Positions 8,401 to 15,046 of a DNA stretch of 15,722 bases are shown one piece after another. The DNA lies in the IMG/VR virus record IMGVR_UViG_3300028048_000122; one strand, 5' to 3'. Origin of the DNA: a virus. Lineage: Duplodnaviria > Heunggongvirae > Uroviricota > Caudoviricetes. The translations under genes and the position numbers were made by a program. Below the pieces are notes generated by a model that saw only the letters and a list, made by a program, of their open reading frames with translations, made no database searches and was not told the origin of the DNA. Numbering within the stretch: position 1 is the stretch's first letter; every line of letters starts with the position of its first letter.

Positions 8401-8547
8401 GGCGACGGCATAGTGGACGGAACCGTCGCTTATCCCGAGCTTAAGAAGTATGCCAAGCAAATCCGTAAGAATTCCCGTATAGTATTTTCGGGACTTAAAC
8501 GTAACAATAATGCCTGCACTATCGGTTCGGTAGTAAAGGCCGATTGA
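5431..8547 (+). CDS. dnaE: DNA polymerase III alpha subunit (DnaE family, C-family polymerase)
   Basis: PHP domain (LHVHT, ITDHG, GMEAY, SACVAGE, TNDIHY), GPGRGSAAGSLV, FERFLDP, PDIDTDF, GIHAAG, KFDFLAL, YSFNMAHA, IRVGLCAIKGLG; 1038 aa, no intein or intron seen. Confidence 0.97.
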   Translation: MNKYYPLHVHTAGGSVGDSVLTIPEYIARAKEYGLDALAITDHGSLNAMYEFYDACKKAEIKPIIGMEAYVTDDNTIKDTEHKAGSSFHLILLAKNEEGLRNLVSIHNNAAIDGFYYKPRTDWEHLQKWGKGIIALSACVAGEIPQAILENDADKALELIDFYKGVFDEFYLELQPGSFDEQKTVNEALIELAAETDTPLVITNDIHYLDKEDAVRHDYHVKLGRRSKKLDEQMIYPDSCYWFMDIEAIKENMSMDEYILEEALNNAAHIAEVCNVEVDDSLHMPQCVDLPESVTEEEALYEICHERLEELIKDKDNAQVYIDRLEHELEVIKQKGFCGYFLIVADYIEWARSQGIPVGPGRGSAAGSLVTYLLNICQADPIQHGLMFERFLDPCRASIPDIDTDFGSSGRDKMFDYMVEHYGYEHCAIISTMMTRKTKGAIHDAARILGYEPKVGNEIAALIPDVYYGDDGNQKKDLDIKTSLEVVPELQKMQKAYPDIIKLAGELAGLPSAKGIHAAGVLVSPVDLTEGMPLIKPSREGILASALTLEDAERQAVKFDFLALSHLDILKAVEDMIDWHFDFRNEELFHDEKVWATIGSNNTTGIFQIGSNTYKARMPRLVPTTLDELAACLALVRGPCISNKTDELYMQIIEGKEKIRKVHPIYDEVMKATNGIMIFQEQIIKLIVAFGFDLPTGYTVMKYAQKKKVEKLKEFRPKFIEQAKTKQCNEKTANKIFDMIVDAGKYSFNMAHAISYGSITYASAYLKTHYPLEFACALLTDTWSRGKDKEYKAVYEDCVRNGIKFLPASAKESEWNFTIEDGKIRVGLCAIKGLGEKAVEVLAAHTEDHYETIAEFVECLNEGEPRVFNKKAMTVAIYSGLFDYLLTADDTRTDLYQQYLDYRGGKEEVPAEIKLGTKDFTIHPDDDKATLEIAFSAQQFVYSQINSMESTNWRRVKNHNLFTEAYGIIQKVKKSKDAYGDQMAEITIAMGDGIVDGTVAYPELKKYAKQIRKNSRIVFSGLKRNNNACTIGSVVKAD

Positions 8548-8560
8548 GGAGGGTCTAAAA

Positions 8561-9961
8561 TTGCTTACCGCAATTTATAATATCAAGAATGCCGGCAAGC
8601 GCTTCGGCGCCGTGACGGAGATGCTGGAGAAAATCCAGAGAGGTAATAAGGTTCAGGTCGATGAAGGAACGATGTTCGGAAACATCAATTCAGCCTTCAT
8701 CGACATCTTCCAGGCATTTGATATGCTGGATTATATAACCGACCAAAGTAAGCTTATCGGAATCAAGATGGTCAAAGACATGTCCAAGATGGCTTATGAC
8801 CAGTATCGGTCCATGCGGGCGACGACGGATCGCCCGTTAACCGATTATATTTCGATCTTCTCCAATATGAAGAGTCTGACTGAGACGCTGAATAGCAATA
8901 CGTCGTTGGATTACCTGTCTTCCTACAACTTGGATAAGGACCATTTCTCGCATTGGAGCAGCGGGGCCAAGACAGTAAGCGCCGAAACTCTTAACAGCGT
9001 CTTTGCGCATATTGAGTATTCGGGTAGGTTCAACCTGGTCAGCATCAATTGTGGCACGGGCGAACAGCTGTTGGAATTTAAGAGACAGCATCCCGATGCT
9101 AACATGTATGCCATCAGTGCCAGTACGTATTCTCCGTTAGAGAAGGAAGAATATAATCAGTTCAATCGTTTTCTTTTGGGCGGCTTAAAAGGTATCAAAT
9201 CCGATAACGCCGCGTTCGACGTAGCCGTGGTAACACCGTGCATCAGTTTTACCCGCTATGAAGACGAAGTATTCGCGCCGGAAGAGAAAACGTACTTCGA
9301 CCGCGCGTTCAGCTGGCTTCGCCGCGGCGGCATAATGATTTACGTTGTGCCGCGCTTTTGTATCACTAAGTCCATGGCCACATTCCTGGCCAAGAATCTG
9401 GACAATATTCATATTTACGCCGCGCCAAACATGGAAGGCCATAAGGCCGTCGCCATAGTGGGCCGCAAGAAGGAAAGCATCTTCCGCGAACTGGATGCCG
9501 AAGCGTTCGCCCGCTTGCGTAACGTGTTCAACACGCCGGATCTCGTAGAAGAATCCGAAGACGTAGCATTCAGTCTCCCGAAAGGGATGATTACCATTCA
9601 GAAATTCCGTGGCGGTACGTTGGATGACGTACAGATGGAATCCATGATGGAAGACTCCGCCGCCATGAAAGATTTCTGGAAAGAACAGAAAGTGGAGAAG
9701 CTCTCGGAAAATTCGGCGCATCCACTTCTCCCGTTCAGCGTAGGACAGCTCGGCCTGGTATTGACCTCTGGCTGTCTCGATGGCGTAATAGAAGAAACTG
9801 GCAACTGTTCTCATGTTGTCAAAGGACGAGTAGTTAAACGAGTCGATACGGATAGAGAATTCAATGAGGACGGCACAAGAGTGCAGATTTCCTCTACGAC
9901 ATCTAACCGCGTCGAGATATCGATGTTTTTGCCGGACGGAACATTTAAGTGTCTGGCATAA
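8561..9961 (+). CDS. class I SAM-dependent methyltransferase-fold protein (DUF6094-like), catalytic motif degenerate
   Basis: Motif I-like SINCGTGEQL; motif IV position reads DVAVVTPCI instead of NPPY; motif VI-like AFSWLRRGGIMIYVVP; C-terminal PLLPFSVGQLGLVLTSGCLDG; GAGGAGG RBS and TTG start. Confidence 0.7.
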   Translation: MLTAIYNIKNAGKRFGAVTEMLEKIQRGNKVQVDEGTMFGNINSAFIDIFQAFDMLDYITDQSKLIGIKMVKDMSKMAYDQYRSMRATTDRPLTDYISIFSNMKSLTETLNSNTSLDYLSSYNLDKDHFSHWSSGAKTVSAETLNSVFAHIEYSGRFNLVSINCGTGEQLLEFKRQHPDANMYAISASTYSPLEKEEYNQFNRFLLGGLKGIKSDNAAFDVAVVTPCISFTRYEDEVFAPEEKTYFDRAFSWLRRGGIMIYVVPRFCITKSMATFLAKNLDNIHIYAAPNMEGHKAVAIVGRKKESIFRELDAEAFARLRNVFNTPDLVEESEDVAFSLPKGMITIQKFRGGTLDDVQMESMMEDSAAMKDFWKEQKVEKLSENSAHPLLPFSVGQLGLVLTSGCLDGVIEETGNCSHVVKGRVVKRVDTDREFNEDGTRVQISSTTSNRVEISMFLPDGTFKCLA

Positions 9962-9982
9962 TAAAGAAAGGATAATTGAAAG

Positions 9983-10900
9983 ATGTCATATTCATTAGCG
10001 GTTGGCAAGCAGCCGACTTTAAGAGCCAATATCGTAGCCGTAGATAATCAGCGTAATCTGGGAATCGCGTTCTTTAGCGCATTCGGTTATGCCTCCAATA
10101 TGGATGGCATCTGCAAGGAACTCAATCTTCGTAGTAAAGATATCTGCTTCGGCAGTCATTACTACAGCACCAATCCCGGCGGGCGCTATGAAACGATCGT
10201 GTCCCGCCTGCATAATTCTGATTATGCGCATTTGGTAGCTTTTAAGAAAGATCGTTGCTACACGGATGAGCGAGCCAACGAAGAGATTATGGAAGGCTAC
10301 GTATTCATTGACTCCGAAGAAAACATTCCCTACTTGGATACGTTCACCGCGTCCATCGAAACCGACGAAGAAATCCCGCAGCAGTTAATCGATGGATTTT
10401 ATGACAAGCTCTATAAGCTGTCGCCACTGCCGGTGATTAAAGAATGGAGTTCGTATCTTATCCATCAGCTGGAAGCGTACAATATGCTCGTGCCACTTAA
10501 GGTTACCAGCAGCGACCCGAATCATAAAATGTACGTTTTCGCTTTCAACGTAAAGGTACGTGACCTGCAGCAGCTCATTACTCAGGGATTGGCCAATGAC
10601 CGTATCGAAATCAGCCATGACCATAACGGCGTATCCGAAACCATGCGCAACGTAGAAGGTTTGGATTCTTACTTGGCCAGCTTCCGTGACGTATTGGCGC
10701 GTCGCATTCAGAATTCCTTCGTGCCGCATTTTATCCCTGGACAGGATGAATATTCTCCTATGCTCGAAGAGTTGGTGGAGTATGAAACCTACAAGGGAAA
10801 ACTGTCGTTATATGACGCACAGAAAGATGTAGTGCAGGCAACCTGCAATGCTTTAGGCAAACAGAAAGCTACATTCATTATAGGAGAAATGGGAGTGGGT
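9983..10900 (+). CDS. SF2 (SNF2/DEAD-like) helicase, exon 1 (306 codons, ends inside Walker A: ...FIIGEMGVG)
   Basis: Ends with the Q-motif-like LYDAQKDVV and ATFIIGEMGVG. The unspliced frame stops two codons later (AGA TAA). Joins in frame to 12397. Confidence 0.9.
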
Positions 10901-10929
10901 AGATAAGAATAGTTTCATGGTAATAGATA

Positions 10930-10953
10930 GACATAGGAGTTGATTCTTATGTT
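10930..10953 (+). promoter_or_regulatory. hairpin sequestering the SD and AUG of the homing endonuclease ORF
   Basis: GACATAGGAG-TTGA-TTCTTATGTT forms a 10-bp stem (3 G-U pairs) containing AGGAG 10935-10939 and ATG 10949-10951. Confidence 0.65.
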
Positions 10954-12079
10954 GATATTACAAAATCTCGAAGAAATCAAAAACGAATATTTAAAAGGTA
11001 AATCCCTCAGACAGCTTGAAAAAGAATATGGCTACGACAGAAAGATAATCTCTCGCGAGCTAAAAAAATACGGAGTTAATATTAAATTCCGCTTTAACCG
11101 GGAGTTTTATAGCAAAGCTCTTGAGCTTCGTAATGAGAAAAAATCTTTGACGGCAATCAGCAGAGAAGTAGGTGTGGACAGACACACTTTGGCAAAATGG
11201 TTTGAAAGCGAAGGCGCTCGTACCATTAAGCATAAAGAACTAAATACTTCTCCTGCTACTCAGAGTGTTCTTGAAAAATATCAAGAAGGAATGTCTGTCA
11301 TAGCGATAGCCAAAGATATTGGCAGGTCTTCCAACTATGTTTGGGAAACATTGAGAAATTATGGTGTTATCGATCAGAATAGAACTTCAAGGAAATATTT
11401 CTTTGATGAATCTGTTTTTGAAGAAATTGATACCGAGAAGAAGGCCTACTGGCTTGGTTTCTTATATGCTGATGGTTATGTGCCAGAAGATTTTAAGGGC
11501 ATAGAAATAGGCCTTAAGGCACAAGACAAAGGGCATCTTGAAAAATTCTTAGATTTTCTCAATATAAATCCTCGACCAGAGATAAGTACGAGAAACGTAA
11601 AAATAAACGGAAAGATTGCGAAAGCATGCCGGATAACTGTATGCAGCAATCGTTTGGCCCATGACTTAGCCAAGCACGGATGTGTTCCTCAAAAATCTCT
11701 TGTCTTGGAATTTCCAAAATGGTTGGATGAAGAACTACTGCCTCATTTCATGAGAGGATATTTTGATGGGGATGGGAGCTTATCTCTTCCAAAGCCACCA
11801 AAAGAAAGTCGCCGCCCTCAATTGCAATTTGGAATTGTGGGGACGGAAGAGTTTATAAATGACTATGAGGGTTATATGGTTGACATCGGTGTGCTTCACC
11901 AATGTGCAAAGCTACGCCCAGCTGGGCAAGCATTTCAGACCCGTCATGGTGGAAACAAACAAGCAAAAAAAGTTTTTGATTTCTTATACAAAGATTCAAG
12001 TGTTTACTTGGATCGAAAATATGAACTATTCACTGCCGTCCTTGGTGGAGACACCAAGAGACTATTAACGGGGAATTAA
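10949..12079 (+). CDS. intron-encoded double-motif LAGLIDADG homing endonuclease with N-terminal HTH repeats
   Basis: KAYWLGFLYADGYV and HFMRGYFDGDGSL are the two LAGLIDADG helices; KYGCVPQKSL-like segment KHGCVPQKSL; YLDRKY near the end; three HTH-like repeats in the first ~140 aa. AGGAG then ATG 10949 (TTG 10940 is an alternative start). Confidence 0.92.
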   Translation: MLILQNLEEIKNEYLKGKSLRQLEKEYGYDRKIISRELKKYGVNIKFRFNREFYSKALELRNEKKSLTAISREVGVDRHTLAKWFESEGARTIKHKELNTSPATQSVLEKYQEGMSVIAIAKDIGRSSNYVWETLRNYGVIDQNRTSRKYFFDESVFEEIDTEKKAYWLGFLYADGYVPEDFKGIEIGLKAQDKGHLEKFLDFLNINPRPEISTRNVKINGKIAKACRITVCSNRLAHDLAKHGCVPQKSLVLEFPKWLDEELLPHFMRGYFDGDGSLSLPKPPKESRRPQLQFGIVGTEEFINDYEGYMVDIGVLHQCAKLRPAGQAFQTRHGGNKQAKKVFDFLYKDSSVYLDRKYELFTAVLGGDTKRLLTGN

Positions 12080-12396
12080 ACTGGGAGGGGTAGCGGCCAG
12101 AAGGCCGCCCCTAATCAGAGTCCGAAGGCGCCGTATAAAACGGCTAAACCATGGTAACATGGCGACGGTAAGTATGCTTACCGGTCAGGCGCAACGCATA
12201 GCGGGTGAAATAATCCCGCCACGAGGCCCCGTCACTTCAAGATATAGGCTTGAACATGTGGATTTAACCCACCACATGCCTAACGTTATAACGAGGGTGA
12301 AAAGATATGCTATGCTGGGCTGGAATTAACCAGCCGATGAAAATGAGGGAAACCTCCAGAGGGCGAGATAAAAAGCTCGCCGTTAATAACAATCAG
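12035..12396 (+). ncRNA. group I ribozyme core (IGS to omega-G)
   Basis: IGS GCC 12035-37. P2 CTTGGTG-GAGA-CACCAAG 12041-58. P3 ACGGGG 12068-73 / CCCCGT 12227-32. P4 CTGG 12081-84 / TCAG 12115-18. P5 GCGGCC-AGAA-GGCCGC 12093-108. P7 A-(C)-GCATA 12194-200 / TATGCT 12306-11, preceded by J8/7 AAGA. P7.1 GCGGG/CCCGC 12201-19. P9 hairpins 12318-35, 12345-56, 12362-81. Confidence 0.88.
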
Positions 12397-14595
12397 AAAA
12401 CTGCTTTATCCATTACTTCAGCGTTTGCGCATAATGCTGATAAGAAGATCATGACTAATATCGTTATGTGCCCCGGTCACTTGGTAGAAAAATGGAAAAA
12501 GGAAATCGAACGCTTGGCGCCGCTTTCCGATGCCGTCATCGTAGACAATTTTGACAAATTGATGGCTCTTAAGCAACAGATTAAATCTAAGGTTCGCAAC
12601 CGTCATCTCTGGCTCGTTATCTCCAAGGAAACGGCCAAGTTCGGCTATAACGAACGTCCCGCAGCAGTATTCTCTAAGGCTGCCGGAGCCAAGGTAGGTC
12701 ATCCCGAAGGCGTATTCTGCTGCCCTGAATGTGGTCAGCCTCTTTATAGCGTACACTATGAAGGTCGTGGCCGTTGGCGTACACAGGTTCGCGATTACTT
12801 TACCTCTGCCGATGCGATGTCTTCCAAAAAAGCTGAAAATGCTTGCTGCATGAATACCGTCATGAAATACGATCCGGAAACGGGTTCAGAAGTAGAGGTA
12901 GCATGTGGCACGAAACTTTGGGAAGCGGCAGGTAAAGCCGGCGATGACAGCAAGTGGGTTAATCTCGGGAAAAGCGTAGGCTGGATGATGCGTGAGCATA
13001 TCGATTCTGAAATCAGACGTATCTCCGGTCTGAATAATCCTTCCAAGGAAGATTCTGCCCGCCTGTTCGTACTGGCTAAAGTTAAGCAGGACGGTATTCC
13101 GAGTTATCCAACGCCGATTAAGTACCCCTTGGGTAAGTACATCCGTAAGAACTTTAAGGGATATATCGACTACGCCTTAGTCGATGAGGTTCATCAATTA
13201 AAGGGGCGCGATTCCCTGCAGGGACAGGCTTTCGCCGACCTGGTATCTACTTCCCGCCATGCTTTATGTTTCACGGGTACGTTCCTTAACGGCTATGCCT
13301 CGGGTATCTTCTACCTCCTGTATCGCCTGTATCCGGGGCTCATGAAGAAGGAAGGCTTTGACTTCGATGGCGGCGGCGAACAAGAATTTGTCCGTCAGTA
13401 CGGCGTATATCGTCAGTCTGCTTGGCATGAATTCCAGAACGGTCAGCAGGGGAACCGTCAGGGGCAGATGAGCTTTAAACAGCTCCCAGGCGTATCTCCC
13501 ATCGTATTCACCAAGTTCCTGCTGGAAAATGCTTCATTTATCAGCCTGGAAGATATCGGAGCAGGTCTGCCGGGTTACGAGGAAATTCCCGTTCCGGTAG
13601 ATATGGACGCCGACCTGGCTGCCGCTTACGAGCGTCTGGAATACAATACGCGCAGCGCTTTCAGCCGTTTCCATGGCGGCATGAAAATCTTGGGACAGGT
13701 AGTGCAGATGCTCTCTATTTATCCCGACAATCCGTATGAACAGCCGCCGATTATTCATCCAGAAACGGGCAATATCGTGGCTACACCGGAAGAACTTTCT
13801 AAGGATGTACTCCGCAATAAGGACCGCGAACTTATCCGTATCGTACGTGATAAGGTAGAACACGGCGAGAAAGTACTGGTGTATTATTCCTGGGCCAATC
13901 GTACTGACCTGGGCAAACGTATCCCGAAAATTCTCAAGGATGAAGGCATCGAAGCGATTACGATGACGGCAAGCGTAAAGAACTCCGACCGCGAGCGTTG
14001 GATTCAGGAGAAAGTAATCGACAAGGACGTAGACGTATTGGTAGTTAATCCGACGCTGGTAGAAACCGGCCTGGATCTCCTGGATTTTACTACTATTATC
14101 TACTACGAAGTGGGTTATAATCTCTATACCATGCGTCAGGCTTCTCGCCGTAGTTGGAGACTTTCCCAGACGCACGACGTACAGGTATATTTCCTGTATT
14201 ATCGTCAGACCGTTCAGGAACAGGCTCTCAGCTTGATGGCCACCAAGCTTCAGGCTGCGATGGCTATTGAAGGCAAGTTCAGCGAAGAAGGATTGAACGC
14301 TATGTCCAATAACGAAGATATCCTGACGCAGATTGCCGCCAGTGTCGCCGACGGCATTAAAGACACAGTGGACGCTCAGGTGTTCTCCAAGAGCCGGGTA
14401 GAGAATACCCAGATCGAACATAAAGAAGATACGCGGCTTATTCTTAAGAGCCGCGACGAACATGTAGCGACTGTCTTGGATTCCTATGAAGAGTCCAAGA
14501 AGAAATCCCGTAAGCGGAAAATGGCTAGTAAGGCACTGGGCCTTAACGAGCGCCGCCTGATGGGTAATCTTTCACGGCTTTTCGCGGCCGTTTGA
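12397..14595 (+). CDS. SF2 (SNF2/DEAD-like) helicase, exon 2 (732 aa; spliced product 1038 aa)
   Basis: Starts KTALSIT (end of Walker A); motif Ia VMCPGHLVEKW, motif II ALVDEVHQLKG, motif III FTGTFLNGY, motif IV KVLVYY, motif V NPTLVETGLDL, motif VI RQASRRSWRLSQ. The 12307 ATG in the ORF track lies inside the intron P7 strand and is probably not a real start. Confidence 0.92.
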   Translation, partial: KTALSITSAFAHNADKKIMTNIVMCPGHLVEKWKKEIERLAPLSDAVIVDNFDKLMALKQQIKSKVRNRHLWLVISKETAKFGYNERPAAVFSKAAGAKVGHPEGVFCCPECGQPLYSVHYEGRGRWRTQVRDYFTSADAMSSKKAENACCMNTVMKYDPETGSEVEVACGTKLWEAAGKAGDDSKWVNLGKSVGWMMREHIDSEIRRISGLNNPSKEDSARLFVLAKVKQDGIPSYPTPIKYPLGKYIRKNFKGYIDYALVDEVHQLKGRDSLQGQAFADLVSTSRHALCFTGTFLNGYASGIFYLLYRLYPGLMKKEGFDFDGGGEQEFVRQYGVYRQSAWHEFQNGQQGNRQGQMSFKQLPGVSPIVFTKFLLENASFISLEDIGAGLPGYEEIPVPVDMDADLAAAYERLEYNTRSAFSRFHGGMKILGQVVQMLSIYPDNPYEQPPIIHPETGNIVATPEELSKDVLRNKDRELIRIVRDKVEHGEKVLVYYSWANRTDLGKRIPKILKDEGIEAITMTASVKNSDRERWIQEKVIDKDVDVLVVNPTLVETGLDLLDFTTIIYYEVGYNLYTMRQASRRSWRLSQTHDVQVYFLYYRQTVQEQALSLMATKLQAAMAIEGKFSEEGLNAMSNNEDILTQIAASVADGIKDTVDAQVFSKSRVENTQIEHKEDTRLILKSRDEHVATVLDSYEESKKKSRKRKMASKALGLNERRLMGNLSRLFAAV

Positions 14596-14604
14596 CATAT
14601 AGGG

Positions 14605-14650
14605 GAACGGGCGGAAGGGAAAAACCTTTCCGCCTAGTTCTTTTTTCTTT
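14605..14650 (+). terminator. Rho-independent terminator
   Basis: GGCGGAAGGG-AAAAA-CCTTTCCGCC stem (14610-14634), extended by GAAC/GTTC and followed by TTTTTTCTTTT. Confidence 0.88.
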
Positions 14651-14716
14651 TACATTCCGTAGAAAGGCAGGTAATAAATATAATGTATAATTCAAGTTAA
14701 GGAAGTGTTATATTCA

Positions 14717-15046
14717 ATGCTTACGCTACATCGTATCACGCGATTTAATGAAATGTTAAAATGCCGCGCATCGGGAGAAATCCTTATGTATGGCGACTTT
14801 TATCTGGAAGATGATGATGGTAACGTTATCTCGTATAAGTACTATCGCAATAAGCTGGATGAAAAGCGCCGTGATAACTGGCCCGGAACCAAGATACTGG
14901 AAAACTTCCAGAGTCAGAAGGACTATCAGGATGCTATGAGGGAGAAAGAGCAGGAATATCTTTCCAGTATTATGCTCGATCAGAAAGTAGTGGGCGCATC
15001 CCACGAAGCTACTAACTACGAAAAGGATGGACTCTACGATGCCTGA
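14717..15046 (+). CDS. hypothetical protein
   Basis: ORF from GTG 14705 or ATG 14717; AAGGA at ~14699-14703 and TATAAT boxes at 14679-84 and 14686-91 upstream; overlaps the next gene by 8 nt. Confidence 0.7.
   Translation: MLTLHRITRFNEMLKCRASGEILMYGDFYLEDDDGNVISYKYYRNKLDEKRRDNWPGTKILENFQSQKDYQDAMREKEQEYLSSIMLDQKVVGASHEATNYEKDGLYDA

Larger units (their letters stand above)
10901..12396 (+). mobile_element. group I intron (1496 nt) carrying a LAGLIDADG homing endonuclease
   Basis: The 5' exon ends in U (GGT at 10898-10900) and the intron ends in G (12396). Removing it gives GGA GTG GGT|AAA ACT = G-V-G-K-T. P1, P2, P3, P4, P5, P7, P7.1, P8 and P9 pairings are readable. Confidence 0.93.

Noticed and set aside
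5431-8547. dnaE2/ImuC mutagenic polymerase, or an intein/intron in dnaE
   Set aside because: No imuA/imuB neighbours, the PHP ligands look intact, and the ORF is continuous with no insertion-sized extra segment
9983-10906. Helicase pseudogene or independent 307-aa protein
   Set aside because: Precise in-frame rejoining with 12397 restores Walker A, and both exons are free of other lesions
10901-12396. Intein as the explanation for a LAGLIDADG domain inside a Walker A motif
   Set aside because: There is an in-frame stop right after the insertion point, the endonuclease has its own RBS and stop, there are no Cys/Ser...His-Asn splice residues, and ~320 nt of structured non-coding RNA follows
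10901-12396. Group II intron or IStron
   Set aside because: No GUGYG 5' end or AY 3' end, no reverse transcriptase/maturase and no transposase/TnpB; the ends and core fit group I
12307-12396. N-terminal 30 aa (MLCWAGINQ...NNNQ) of the 762-aa ORF as real protein
   Set aside because: These codons are the intron P7-P9 region, with no RBS; protein similarity begins at KT (12397)
13534-14463. 309-aa minus-strand ORF, and other antisense ORFs over thyX, dnaE, the methyltransferase-like gene and the helicase
   Set aside because: They lie entirely opposite well-supported genes and have no recognisable domains
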